Origin: a virus
Taxonomy: Duplodnaviria; Caudoviricetes
Direction: 5' to 3' (one strand)
IMG/VR virus record: IMGVR_UViG_3300015050_000363
Span: 1-37,213 of that record
DNA: 37,213 bases
A model generated the notes under the pieces. The model worked only from the letters and a program-made list of their open reading frames with translations. It made no database searches and was not told the DNA's origin. Below are positions 14,956 to 24,683 of this stretch, piece by piece; position 1 is the first letter of the stretch, and each line of letters starts with the position of its first letter. The position numbers were made by a program, and so were the translations under genes.

Positions 14956-16485
14956 GTGCAAGAGCCTAAATACAGCGCGGAAGATGAACAGGGGTTAATG
15001 TCCCGTCTTTGGTCCCCGCAGATAGTCAACGATCCTGAGAAGTTTGTCTTAATGGCGTTCCCGTGGGGGGAGCAAGGCACGCCGCTAGAACGGTACAAAG
15101 GCCCCCGCACCTGGCAGCGGCAAGTGCTGCGCGATATCAGGGACCACATCGCGGACAACGGCGATGTGGACATGTACAAGGTACTGCGCATGGCCACGGC
15201 GTCAGGCCGCGGTATCGGTAAAAGCGCACTGGTCAGTTGGCTGGTGTTGTGGATGCTGACGACCCGCATCGGAGCGTCAGTCATCGTGTCGGCCAACTCA
15301 GAGGCGCAGCTCCGCTCGATCACATGGGCGGAGATAACCAAGTGGCTGGCGATGCTGATGAACAGCCACTGGTGGGAAATCTCGGCGACACGGATCACGC
15401 CGGCCAAGTGGCTGGCGGAGATCGTCGAGCGCGACCTGCGCAAGGGTACGCGGTACTGGGGAGCGGAGGGCAGGCTGTGGTCGGAGGAAAACCCGGACGC
15501 CTACGCGGGTCTGCACAACTCAGACGGCGTGATGCTGATCTTCGACGAGGCGTCGGGTATTCCAGACAAGATCTGGGACGTTGCACAAGGCTTCTTTACT
15601 GAGAACACGCCGCACAGGTTCTGGTGCGCGTTCAGCAACCCGCGACGTAACCAAGGGTACTTCTATGAGTGCTTTAACGCCAAGCGAGCGTTCTGGAACA
15701 TCCGGCAGATCGACGCCCGCACGGTCGAGGACACGGACAAGGCGGTGTATCAACAGATTATTGATGAGTATGGCGAGGACTCGCCCCAGGCGCGGATTGA
15801 GGTGTATGGTGAGTTTCCGTCTACCGGTGATGAGCAATTTATCGCCCCGCGTATCGTAGACGAGGCGTTCAAGCGGCCTAAGTACAAGGACCCGCAGGCG
15901 CCCATCGTGATCGGCGTAGACCCGGCGCGTAGTGGGTCGGACTCGACGGTCATCGTGGCGCGACAAGGGCGCGACCTGCTGGAGATCAGGCGGTACAAGG
16001 GCGACGACACCATGACGGTGGTCGGGCACGTCATCGAGGCCATCGAGGACTTCAAGCCGGCGCTGGTGGTGCTGGACGAAGGCGGGCTCGGGTACGGCAT
16101 CCTTGACCGGCTGACGGAGCAGAGGTATAAAGTGCGCGGGGTGAACTTTGGCTGGAAAGCGAAGAACCCGATTATGTGGGGTAATAAGCGGGCAGAGATC
16201 TGGGGCGCGATGCGGGAGTGGCTTAAAACTGCCGCGGTGCAAGAGGACCGGCAGCTTAAGAACGACTTGACAGGCCCCAAGACCAAACCCGATAGTACGG
16301 GCACAATCTATCTTGAGAGCAAGAAGGACATGAAATCCCGTGGGCTGGCGTCACCAGACGCCGCTGACGCGCTGGCGGTGACGTTTGCGTTTCCTGTTGC
16401 CAGCCGAGGCGAGTACAATTCACGAACTCCTGCTCGCAAGGTCTATTCAGACTTTACTAGCGGCACATCATGGATGGGGTCTTGA
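14956..16485 (+). CDS. terL: Terminase large subunit
   Basis: SGRGIGKS Walker A, IFDEA Walker B, SNP coupling motif, GVDPAR and SPDAADA nuclease motifs. Confidence 0.95.
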   Translation: MQEPKYSAEDEQGLMSRLWSPQIVNDPEKFVLMAFPWGEQGTPLERYKGPRTWQRQVLRDIRDHIADNGDVDMYKVLRMATASGRGIGKSALVSWLVLWMLTTRIGASVIVSANSEAQLRSITWAEITKWLAMLMNSHWWEISATRITPAKWLAEIVERDLRKGTRYWGAEGRLWSEENPDAYAGLHNSDGVMLIFDEASGIPDKIWDVAQGFFTENTPHRFWCAFSNPRRNQGYFYECFNAKRAFWNIRQIDARTVEDTDKAVYQQIIDEYGEDSPQARIEVYGEFPSTGDEQFIAPRIVDEAFKRPKYKDPQAPIVIGVDPARSGSDSTVIVARQGRDLLEIRRYKGDDTMTVVGHVIEAIEDFKPALVVLDEGGLGYGILDRLTEQRYKVRGVNFGWKAKNPIMWGNKRAEIWGAMREWLKTAAVQEDRQLKNDLTGPKTKPDSTGTIYLESKKDMKSRGLASPDAADALAVTFAFPVASRGEYNSRTPARKVYSDFTSGTSWMGS

Positions 16486-16745
16486 TGGCTACTAAGAAAA
16501 GTGTCTCTCTGAGTGTTGGCCGCGGCGAAAAGCTGCCCGTCAGCAAAGGCGCTGGCCTGACGGCCAAGGGCCGTGAGAAATACAACCGCGAAACCGGTAG
16601 TAATTTAAAGGCGCCAGCGCCGAGCCCTAAGACCGAGGCTGACAAGGGGCGCAAGGCGTCCTTCTGCGCGAGAATGGGTTCAGTAGCGGCCAAGGCGGAG
16701 AACAACGAGCGTGCTAAGGCGGCGCTCAAGAGGTGGAAGTGTTGA
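16485..16745 (+). CDS. Small basic conserved phage protein (GLTAKGR...RKASFCARM...WKC)
   Basis: TGATG coupling to terL; Lys-rich. Confidence 0.85.
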   Translation: MATKKSVSLSVGRGEKLPVSKGAGLTAKGREKYNRETGSNLKAPAPSPKTEADKGRKASFCARMGSVAAKAENNERAKAALKRWKC

Positions 16746-16813
16746 AACTTTTCGCCTTGATCGCGGCGTTTTTTGTTATTTCTTGGCTTATTGAAGTCAT
16801 TCTGGGAGACTAA
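16739..16813 (+). CDS. 24-aa hydrophobic peptide MLKLFALIAAFFVISWLIEVILGD
   Basis: GAGG then GTG start; fills the gap exactly; single TM helix. Confidence 0.45.
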   Translation: MLKLFALIAAFFVISWLIEVILGD

Positions 16814-16814
16814 T

Positions 16815-16970
16815 ATGGCTACCAAACCCGGTCTGTACGCTAACATCCACGCTAAGCAAGAGCGCATCAAAGCCGGCAGTGGCGAGAAGATGCGCAAACC
16901 GGGCGCCTCTGGCGCACCGACCGCCAAGGCGTTCAAGGAATCGGCTAAGACAGCCAAGAAGGGGAAGTAA
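16815..16970 (+). CDS. Small basic protein (MATKPGLYANIHAKQERI...)
   Basis: GGAG RBS; Lys-rich. Confidence 0.85.
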   Translation: MATKPGLYANIHAKQERIKAGSGEKMRKPGASGAPTAKAFKESAKTAKKGK

Positions 16971-17102
16971 ATGCCGCTCGTTAAGTCGCCCAGCAAAGAA
17001 GCCTTCCGAAAAAACGTGGCCGCCGAGGTTAAGTCGGGTAAACCAGTGAAACAGGCTGTCGCCATCGCCTATTCTGTCAAGCGCGAAGCGAAGAAGAAAT
17101 AA
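16971..17102 (+). CDS. Small basic protein, 43 aa ([43 protein letters not shown]); not in ORF track
   Basis: Manual translation; abuts both neighbours; KQAVAIA motif. Confidence 0.85.
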   Translation: MPLVKSPSKEAFRKNVAAEVKSGKPVKQAVAIAYSVKREAKKK

Positions 17103-17103
17103 C

Positions 17104-19260
17104 ATGGCTGACGTTACCGGGATCGTTGCAGCAGCCGCTGTCGCTGTGGGCGGTAAGCCCAAGAAAAGCGACTCTGACGTTCTGGCAACCGCCCGCGCCA
17201 GACTCGACATGGCTGTTTCTTGCTATTCTGAAAGCCGTGAAGACGAAATCGACGACCTGAAGTTTTATGGTGGTAGCCCAGACAACCACTGGCAGTGGCC
17301 GGCGGACGTGCTGGCGACCCGCGGTGCGGTGCAAGGCCAGACGATCAATGCTCGGCCCTGCCTGACGATTAACAAGCTGCCGCAACACGTTCGTCAAGTG
17401 ACCAACGACCAGCGGCAGAACCGGCCAGGCGCCAAGGTCATCCCGGTCGATGACAAGGCCGACACTCAAGTTGCCGAGATCTTCAACGGCATGATCCGGC
17501 ACATCGAGTACATCTCGGACGCCGACGTTGCCTACGACACCGCCTGCGAGAACCAAGTGTCCTACGGCGAGGGCTACCTGCGCCTGCTGACCGAATATTG
17601 CGACGAAGACACGTTTGACCAAGACATCAAGATTGGTCGAGTGCGTAACAGCTTCAGTGTGTACATGGACCCGACCATCCAAGACCCGACGGGCGCGGAT
17701 GCCAAGTGGTGTTTTGTTACTGAAGACCTAAGCAAAGCGGAATACACCCGCCTGTACCCCGATGCCGCCCCCATTACGACCCTACAGTCGTTGGGAGTGG
17801 GCGATCAGTCGATCTCGAACTGGCTCAATGAAGATACGATCCGCATTGCGGACTACTACTACATTGACTATGACCGGACTACGCTGAACCTGTACCCCGG
17901 AAACGCTACCGCGTTCGAGGGCACGCCCGAAGATAAGCAACTTCGTGCGATCTACGGTAAGCCGAAACGCAGTCGAGAGGCTGATCGCCCACGGGTGAAG
18001 TACTGCAAGATCAACGGGTACGAAATCCTTGAGGAACGCGAGTGGGCGGGCAAGTGGATTCCCGTAATTCGCATCGTCGGCAACGAATTTGAGGTCGATG
18101 GCCGTCTGTATGTGTCTGGTTTGGTGCGAAATGCCAAGGATGCACAGCGGATGTACAACTATTGGGTCAGCCAAGAGGCAGAAATGCTCGCTTTGGCCCC
18201 AAAAGCGCCGTTTATTGGCTACGGCGGCCAGTTTGAGGGTTACGAAGAGAAGTGGAAGACCGCCAACACCCAAAACTGGCCGTATTTGGAGATCAATCCA
18301 GACGTTACAGACGGTCAAGGCGCCGCCCTGCCACTACCCCAGCGGGCACAGCCTCCGATGGCCTCCAGCGGCCTTCTACAGGCCAAGGCGGGGGCGTCTG
18401 AGGACATCAAGTCCACCACGGGGCAGTACAACGCCTCGTTGGGCATGGGTAGCAACGAACGGTCAGGCAAGGCCATCCTCGCCCGCCAGCGCGAGGGCGA
18501 CGTTGGCACCTATCACTATGGTGACAACTTGGCCCGCGGCGTGCGACACGTTGCCCGCCAATTGGTGGACCTGATCCCGAAAATTTACGACACGCAACGC
18601 ATCGCCCGCATCATTGGTGAAGACGGCGAAACGAAGATGGTCAAGATTAACCCTGACCAACAAGAGCCCGTCAACAAGATTGTTGACGAGCAGGGCATTG
18701 TGATGGAGAAGATTTACAACCCCGGCGTCGGCAAGTACGACGTAGTGGCCACCACTGGCCCCGGCTATGCCACCAAGCGTCAGGAAGCCCTTGAGGCTAT
18801 GGCGCAACTGCTGCAAGGCAACCCGCAGCTCTGGGCGGTGGCCGGCGACCTGTTTGTTAAGAACATGGACTGGCCTGGCGCTCAAGAGATGGCCAAGCGG
18901 TTTGCCAAGACCATTGATCCTAAGTTTATGTCAGAGGCTGATGAAAACCCTGCCTTGCAGGCCGCGCAGCAGCAGATGGAGGCAATGGGTCAGGAGATGG
19001 AGCAGATGCACCAGATGATCCAGAACGTCGGCAAGTCCATTGAGGTGCAAGAGCAGCGCCGTAAGGACTACGAGGCTGAGATCAAGGCATACCAGGCTGA
19101 GACGCAGCGCATCAGCGCAGTGCAGGCCGGCATGACCGAGCAGCAGATTCAGGACATTGCTATGGGTGTGGTCGCGGCTGCGATGGAGCAGGGCGGCATC
19201 CCTGAGATGCGCGAAGAAATGCCTGAGATGCAGCCACAAGAAATGGGAGTCATACAGTAA
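17104..19260 (+). CDS. Portal protein, P22 gp1-like
   Basis: 718 aa after terminase; RPCLTINKL, GLVRNAKDAQRMYNY, SGKAILARQ; Gln-rich C-terminal helical barrel. Confidence 0.93.
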   Translation: MADVTGIVAAAAVAVGGKPKKSDSDVLATARARLDMAVSCYSESREDEIDDLKFYGGSPDNHWQWPADVLATRGAVQGQTINARPCLTINKLPQHVRQVTNDQRQNRPGAKVIPVDDKADTQVAEIFNGMIRHIEYISDADVAYDTACENQVSYGEGYLRLLTEYCDEDTFDQDIKIGRVRNSFSVYMDPTIQDPTGADAKWCFVTEDLSKAEYTRLYPDAAPITTLQSLGVGDQSISNWLNEDTIRIADYYYIDYDRTTLNLYPGNATAFEGTPEDKQLRAIYGKPKRSREADRPRVKYCKINGYEILEEREWAGKWIPVIRIVGNEFEVDGRLYVSGLVRNAKDAQRMYNYWVSQEAEMLALAPKAPFIGYGGQFEGYEEKWKTANTQNWPYLEINPDVTDGQGAALPLPQRAQPPMASSGLLQAKAGASEDIKSTTGQYNASLGMGSNERSGKAILARQREGDVGTYHYGDNLARGVRHVARQLVDLIPKIYDTQRIARIIGEDGETKMVKINPDQQEPVNKIVDEQGIVMEKIYNPGVGKYDVVATTGPGYATKRQEALEAMAQLLQGNPQLWAVAGDLFVKNMDWPGAQEMAKRFAKTIDPKFMSEADENPALQAAQQQMEAMGQEMEQMHQMIQNVGKSIEVQEQRRKDYEAEIKAYQAETQRISAVQAGMTEQQIQDIAMGVVAAAMEQGGIPEMREEMPEMQPQEMGVIQ

Positions 19261-19625
19261 TGCACAAGCCCGCTGATTTTGTCGGGACGCTGTTTCTCGC
19301 AAGGGATGTAGCGCACTCAGTACACCTGAACACTCGCAGCTTTTCCAAACACTCGGCGCTTAACGAGTTCTACGACAACATCGTGGATTTGGCGGACAAG
19401 TTTGCTGAAGCCTACCAAGGCAGGCATGGTCTAATTGGCCCCATCACTTTGATGAGCGCTACCAAGACCAACAACATCATTGAGTTTTTGCAGTCTTCGA
19501 TGGACGAGCTGGAAAAGTGCCGGTACGAGGTCTGCGACAAGACTGACACCCCGATTCAAAACATCATTGATGAAATTATCGGGGCTTACTTAAAAGTGCT
19601 TTATAAACTAAAATTTTTGGCGTAA
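19260..19625 (+). CDS. Dps/ferritin-like four-helix protein
   Basis: H..HLNT.SF..H.AL.EFY......D.F.E pattern resembling the Dps ferroxidase helices. Confidence 0.7.
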   Translation: MHKPADFVGTLFLARDVAHSVHLNTRSFSKHSALNEFYDNIVDLADKFAEAYQGRHGLIGPITLMSATKTNNIIEFLQSSMDELEKCRYEVCDKTDTPIQNIIDEIIGAYLKVLYKLKFLA

Positions 19626-19634
19626 GGACGAATC

Positions 19635-19910
19635 ATGGGACTGAAATCCACCACAGTTTGCTTGGGCTACCAGCAAATCACCTCGTTGTCAGCAGCCGCG
19701 GCGCTGACTGTTCCGAGCGGAGCCACACTGGCTATCATCACGCCGGAGTCGCAGGCTGTTCGTTGGCGCGATGACGGCACCAACCCTACCAGTGCGGTCG
19801 GTATGCCTGTGCCTATCTCGACCGTGCTGTCGTATGACGGTGATTTGCAGCGCATCCGTTTTATTGAGCAAGCTGCTAGTGCCAAACTGAACGTGAGCTA
19901 CTACGCATGA
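19635..19910 (+). CDS. Hypothetical virion protein
   Basis: AAGGA RBS; beta-rich, VRWRDDG..PT...GM. Confidence 0.75.
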   Translation: MGLKSTTVCLGYQQITSLSAAAALTVPSGATLAIITPESQAVRWRDDGTNPTSAVGMPVPISTVLSYDGDLQRIRFIEQAASAKLNVSYYA

Positions 19911-20173
19911 TTACCGTTCGCACATCGCCCCAGTACGTCAACCGTGTCCGTCAGGAATGGACGGCTAACGGCGGTGTGTACGGAGACGGCGGGATTTCAT
20001 CTCTTACGCCGGCCAACGATCCTTTTGCGCAACTAGGGCCTACGCTGGATTTGGTGTTTGCTGGCGTGCCGACAGACCTGCTTGGCGCCGCTACGCTTGT
20101 CGATTACACGTTGAATCTATACTTCACACCTGAGACCTATCAGGTCGCAGCGCAGTACGCCATCTGGGAGTAA
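19907..20173 (+). CDS. Hypothetical protein, possible fibre adaptor
   Basis: ATGA coupling; two TL[DN]LxF motifs. Confidence 0.7.
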   Translation: MITVRTSPQYVNRVRQEWTANGGVYGDGGISSLTPANDPFAQLGPTLDLVFAGVPTDLLGAATLVDYTLNLYFTPETYQVAAQYAIWE

Positions 20174-20175
20174 AC

Positions 20176-21384
20176 ATGGCCCTCGTCTCAAAAACTTTCT
20201 CTGAGATCATCACCTTCACCCGCGCCAGCACGGCAACGTACTTCGACTCGGCGGGTGTGCTGCAAAGCGCCGCCATCAATGCGCCCCGGCTGGACTACAA
20301 CCCCTCCACGCTGGCCGCGCAGGGGCTGCTGATTGAAGAGCAGCGGACAAACAGTGTTCCGAACAGCACCGCAACGGGATCGGTGGCGGGGACACCGGGA
20401 ACACTTCCTACTTCGTGGGGAGGCGCTAGTTCAGCAAACGGGATTAACCGAACCGTTGTTGGCACCGGCACAGAAAACGGCATTGCATATATTGATATTC
20501 AGTTTTCAGGAACCAGCACGGCTGGCGGCAGTATAAATTCAATTGCAAGCACACTTACCGGAATCGCTGCCACAAGCGGACAGACTTGGACAGGTTCTTC
20601 TTACGTCAAGTTGCAGGCTGGCAGTCTGACTAACTTAACCAGTGTTGTGTCTGCTGTAAGCGGGCGGGATGTTGGCGGCTCGCAACTTGAAACCACACAA
20701 CTAACTATTGCGCCTACTTCAGCCGCACTCAGCACCCAGCGCAATGTAGTATCAAGGACATTGAACAACGCCTCTACCGCGTTTGTGACAGTAACAGTTT
20801 TCAGTGCAGCTTATGCCTCCGGCGTCGCCATTGACATCACCCTCCGCATCGGCCTCCCCCAGCTAGAACTCGGTGCCTTTGCCACCAGTGTCATCCCCAC
20901 CTCTACCGTTGCCGTAACGCGCAGTGCGGATGTGGCGAGCGTGAATACGTTGAGCCCTTGGTATAACGCGACTGAGGGGACGTTGTATTCAGAGTCGCTT
21001 CTAACGCGACAAAGCGCAACGGCAGGGACCAATGTGTTCTATATCTGGAACACTTCAACCAGTGAAATAAAACTGTACTACCGAGGCTCAGGTAGCACAG
21101 GCGCAACTGTTGTTGACGCAACAGTAAACCAAGCTGATCTAACTCCTACTGGAGTGCTGACCGCTAATACAGTTGCAAAACTTTCTCTTGCGTACAAAGC
21201 AAATGATTTTGCAGCCGCTGGAAATGGCGGAGCAGCAGTAACAGATGCAACTGGAACCGTTCCGGCAGGAATGTCGCAAGTTCTCCTTGGCGGACCCAAC
21301 GGAGTACTTAACGGCTACATCCGCCACATCACCTACTACCCCCGCCGCCTGAGCAACGCCGAGTTGCAAACCATCACCGCGTAA
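20176..21384 (+). CDS. Head/tail fibre with ConA/LamG-like lectin domain
   Basis: FTRASTATY, GLLIEEQRTN, QLELGAFATSVIPT, TRSAD, YYPRRLSNAELQ; Thr/Ser/Gly-rich. Confidence 0.8.
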   Translation: MALVSKTFSEIITFTRASTATYFDSAGVLQSAAINAPRLDYNPSTLAAQGLLIEEQRTNSVPNSTATGSVAGTPGTLPTSWGGASSANGINRTVVGTGTENGIAYIDIQFSGTSTAGGSINSIASTLTGIAATSGQTWTGSSYVKLQAGSLTNLTSVVSAVSGRDVGGSQLETTQLTIAPTSAALSTQRNVVSRTLNNASTAFVTVTVFSAAYASGVAIDITLRIGLPQLELGAFATSVIPTSTVAVTRSADVASVNTLSPWYNATEGTLYSESLLTRQSATAGTNVFYIWNTSTSEIKLYYRGSGSTGATVVDATVNQADLTPTGVLTANTVAKLSLAYKANDFAAAGNGGAAVTDATGTVPAGMSQVLLGGPNGVLNGYIRHITYYPRRLSNAELQTITA

Positions 21385-21393
21385 GGAGCCGCC

Positions 21394-21699
21394 ATGTACA
21401 CCGACTACACCCTCAAGTTTGCCAACGCTGATGAAGCAGCTGGCGTCCTCTTTAACGAGCAAACCATCCTCAACGGCGACATCGTGGAGATCGTCAAGGC
21501 GCCCAAGTACAGCGCTGTTGATGTCATCGGCGTGATCTACAAGCCGACCGGCAAGATGCTGACGGTTAAAGGTGAAGAGCCTGTGCAAGAAATGAAACCT
21601 ATTGATGGGTGGCACGTTAACGTGCGGCACGCTGGTAAAGCTCCTGAGCTTGACAACTATAAAATTGAAGTGAAAACGCCCGTTAGAATGTGGGCTTGA
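21394..21699 (+). CDS. Fibre-associated hypothetical protein
   Basis: AAGGAG RBS; D.IG.IYKPTG...GWHVNVR. Confidence 0.75.
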   Translation: MYTDYTLKFANADEAAGVLFNEQTILNGDIVEIVKAPKYSAVDVIGVIYKPTGKMLTVKGEEPVQEMKPIDGWHVNVRHAGKAPELDNYKIEVKTPVRMWA

Positions 21700-21763
21700 T
21701 TTTGGTGTACTATGCACCGCAACCTTACTGGCCAGGTAGACCGGGAACTCAAACGAGTTGGAA

Positions 21764-22558
21764 ATGACTGAAGAAGTTCAAACCTTAGCGGAAGTTGAAT
21801 CCGCGTCAGCGCCCGAGACAACGGCTGTCCCGGAAGATGCGCAAAACGCGCCGGAAGTAGCTGAGAATCAGCCCGAGCAGACGCTTGAGGAGAAGAAATT
21901 CACCCAGGCCGACATCGACGCGATGATCAGCAAACGCCTCGCAAGAGAGCAACGTAAGTGGGAACGAGAGCAAGCGCAACGGTCTGCGGAAACGCAAATC
22001 GTCAAGTCTGCCCCGACGGCCAGCGTTGATCAGTTCGAGTCTCCTGAAGCCTACGCGGAAGCGCTGGCTTACCAGAAGGCAGAAGAACTGCTCGCCAAAC
22101 GCGAAGCCGCCAAGCAGCAGTCGCAAGTCCTCGAAAGCTATCAGGAACTTGAAGAAGCAGCGCGGGACAAGTACGACGACTTTGTGCAAGTCGCCTACAA
22201 CCCCAAGCTACCAATCACGAACGTGATGGCAGAAACGATCCAGTCTTCGGATATCGGCCCCGAGTTGGCGTATTATCTCGGGTCTAACCCAAAAGACGCG
22301 GAGCGTATCTCACGTTTGGCGCCGCTTGCACAGGCAAAAGAAATCGGTAAAATCGAGGCCAAGCTGGCCGCGGAACCGCCGGTCAAACGATCAACTTCAG
22401 CGCCTACACCTATTTCACCTGTAACCGCCCGAACTTCTGGTTCGCCAGCCATCGATACTACGGACCCACGGTCTATCAAGACCATGACGGCCTCGCAGTG
22501 GATTGAAGCTGACAGGGCGCGACAGATGAAAAAGCTGCAGGCAAACATGTCCCGCTAA
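21764..22558 (+). CDS. Capsid scaffolding protein
   Basis: Acidic N-terminus and coiled coils; immediately upstream of the coat gene. Confidence 0.8.
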   Translation: MTEEVQTLAEVESASAPETTAVPEDAQNAPEVAENQPEQTLEEKKFTQADIDAMISKRLAREQRKWEREQAQRSAETQIVKSAPTASVDQFESPEAYAEALAYQKAEELLAKREAAKQQSQVLESYQELEEAARDKYDDFVQVAYNPKLPITNVMAETIQSSDIGPELAYYLGSNPKDAERISRLAPLAQAKEIGKIEAKLAAEPPVKRSTSAPTPISPVTARTSGSPAIDTTDPRSIKTMTASQWIEADRARQMKKLQANMSR

Positions 22559-22577
22559 GATTTGAAAGGAGCCTATT

Positions 22578-23780
22578 GTGGCCAACAGTATTCTGACCAT
22601 TGATATGATCACCAGGAAAGCCCTGGAGATTCTTGAGAACAACCTTGTTCTTACCCGTAACGTGAACCGGCAATACGACGACAGCTTTGCTGTTGAAGGC
22701 GCCAAGATCGGTTCTACCCTGCGTATTCGTCTGCCCGACCGCGCTCTGGTGACTGACGGTGCCGCCCTGCAAGTTCAGGACGACAACGAGCAGTTCACCA
22801 CGCTGACGGTTGCCAATCAGAAGCACATCGGCGTGAACTTTACGTCGGCTGAACTGACTATGCAGCTTGACGACTTCGCCGAGCGTGTGCTTAAGCCGCG
22901 TATTAGCCAGCTTGCCTCCAGCATCGATGCTGACGTTGCCAATGCCTTCAAAACCATTGGTAACTCCGTTGGCACCCCCGGCACCACGCCGGCCACCTCG
23001 CTGGTTCTGCTGCAAGCGCAACAGAAACTCAACGAGAACGCGGCTGTCATGAGCCCCCGTTACGCCACCGTCAACCCTGCGGCCAACGCTGGGCTGGTTG
23101 AAGGCATGAAGGGTCTGTTCAACCCGACCGACACGGTGAGCAAGCAGTTCCGTAACGGCATGATGGGCACTGGCGTGTTGGGCTTTGAAGAAGTCAACAT
23201 GTCCCAGTCCATCAAGCAGTTCACGACTGGCACCCGCGGCGCTACCGGCAACACCACTTCCGCAGCGGTTACCGCTGAAGGCGCCACCTCCATCGCGCTG
23301 ACTGTGGCCTCCGCCGTCACCATCAAAGCCGGCGACGTGTTTACTGTGGCTGATTGTTTTGCGGTGAACCCGCAGACCCGTGAATCCACCGGCTCGTTGT
23401 TTCAGTTTGTGGCTTTGGCCGACGCGACCGCTGTCAGCACCGCTGTTACCGTGACTGTGGCTGCAATCTACTCGGCCAGCCACGCTCTGGCCACCGTGAA
23501 TGCTCTGCCTGGCAACAGCAAGGCAGTGGTGTTTATCGGCGCGGCTTCTACGGCGTACCCGCAAAACTTGGTGTATCACAAGGACGCCATCACGTTCGCC
23601 ACCGCTGACCTGCTCCTGCCGCAAGGTGTGGACATGGCTGCGCGTGCCGTCCACAACGGTATCAGCCTGCGTGTCGTGCGTCAGTACGACATTAACAACG
23701 ACCGTATGCCTTGCCGGATTGACGTGCTGTATGGATTCAGCGCGATTCGCCCGCAAATGGCCTGCCGTCTCTGGGGCTAA
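22578..23780 (+). CDS. Major capsid protein, P22 gp5-like
   Basis: MANSILT..MIT..AL, KIGSTLRIRLP, RIDVLYG; GAAAGGAG RBS; strongly biased codons. Confidence 0.93.
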   Translation: MANSILTIDMITRKALEILENNLVLTRNVNRQYDDSFAVEGAKIGSTLRIRLPDRALVTDGAALQVQDDNEQFTTLTVANQKHIGVNFTSAELTMQLDDFAERVLKPRISQLASSIDADVANAFKTIGNSVGTPGTTPATSLVLLQAQQKLNENAAVMSPRYATVNPAANAGLVEGMKGLFNPTDTVSKQFRNGMMGTGVLGFEEVNMSQSIKQFTTGTRGATGNTTSAAVTAEGATSIALTVASAVTIKAGDVFTVADCFAVNPQTRESTGSLFQFVALADATAVSTAVTVTVAAIYSASHALATVNALPGNSKAVVFIGAASTAYPQNLVYHKDAITFATADLLLPQGVDMAARAVHNGISLRVVRQYDINNDRMPCRIDVLYGFSAIRPQMACRLWG

Positions 23781-23782
23781 AC

Positions 23783-23810
23783 AGAATGGGGGCTACGGCC
23801 CCCATTCTTA
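23783..23810 (+). terminator. Hairpin/terminator after the coat gene
   Basis: AGAATGGGGGC-TACG-GCCCCCATTCT with a weak U tract. Confidence 0.65.
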
Positions 23811-23836
23811 CCACTCATCATTGAAAGGATTTCATC

Positions 23837-24253
23837 ATGGCTCTCCCTAATGGCGCTGGCGGCTACCAGCTTGGCGACGGCAACGTCAACGACCCGTTCA
23901 TTGATCTGACCGCCGATCCGATTGCAGTTACTGCAACGGCTACGCTGACTCCGGCTCAGGTTCTCAACGGCCTGATTCTCGCTAACAGCGGTGTCACCGC
24001 CGCCGCGCAAACCTATACGCTGCCTACGGTTGCGGAACTGGAAGCAGTGCTGGTTAACTCTGACCGCATTGGCACCACGTTCACTTTCCGCGTGGTCAAC
24101 CTCGGCACGTCTTCCGCCACCGCCATCATCGCTGCTGGCGCGGGCTGGACGGTTTCTGGTTCTCTGACCATGACCATCCCCGTGACCACTGGCGCGTCTA
24201 TGGTTGCGCGCAAGTCGGCTACTGGTGCTTGGACGCTGTACCGCGTGGCTTGA
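23837..24253 (+). CDS. Putative capsid decoration / virion protein
   Basis: Ala/Thr-rich beta protein after the coat; TYTLPT motif. Confidence 0.65.
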   Translation: MALPNGAGGYQLGDGNVNDPFIDLTADPIAVTATATLTPAQVLNGLILANSGVTAAAQTYTLPTVAELEAVLVNSDRIGTTFTFRVVNLGTSSATAIIAAGAGWTVSGSLTMTIPVTTGASMVARKSATGAWTLYRVA

Positions 24254-24265
24254 TAAGGAGTTATC

Positions 24266-24679
24266 ATGCCTAATACCAAAGCAACCGGCGTCGCTTACAG
24301 CGATCCCGAGTTTGAAAGCGTTACCGTCACAGGTGCCATCGCTGCCGCCAGCGTGACGGCTACCGGCGCACTGAACGGCACCATGCTGGACTTGAATGCG
24401 CCCGTTATCAAGACGGCTTCGTTCACGCTCGGCGACACGGAAAACTTTGTCGTCTGCAACGGCGCGGGCAGCATTACGGTCACGTTCCCCTCCGCTGCGG
24501 TCAGCACTGGCCGCATCGTGTGGATCAAGACCATCGCTGCTCAGACCGTTGTGTCGGCGTCGTCCAACGTGAAGCCTATTGGCACCAACACTGCTGGCAC
24601 CGCGATCCTTGCGGGGACGGCAGGCGCCAATGCCATGCTGGTGTGCGACGGTACCGATTGGGTCACCATGACCTCGTAA
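24266..24679 (+). CDS. Virion protein, fibre-like
   Basis: TAAGGAG RBS; TVTFPSA...LVCDGTDW pattern. Confidence 0.65.
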   Translation: MPNTKATGVAYSDPEFESVTVTGAIAAASVTATGALNGTMLDLNAPVIKTASFTLGDTENFVVCNGAGSITVTFPSAAVSTGRIVWIKTIAAQTVVSASSNVKPIGTNTAGTAILAGTAGANAMLVCDGTDWVTMTS

Positions 24680-24683
24680 GCAA

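Noticed and set aside
20161-20180. Readthrough or frameshift fusion of 19907 and 20176
   Set aside because: Different frames, no slippery heptamer, and 20176 has its own GGAG RBS
22476-23756. 426-aa minus-strand ORF
   Set aside because: Antisense shadow of the codon-biased coat gene
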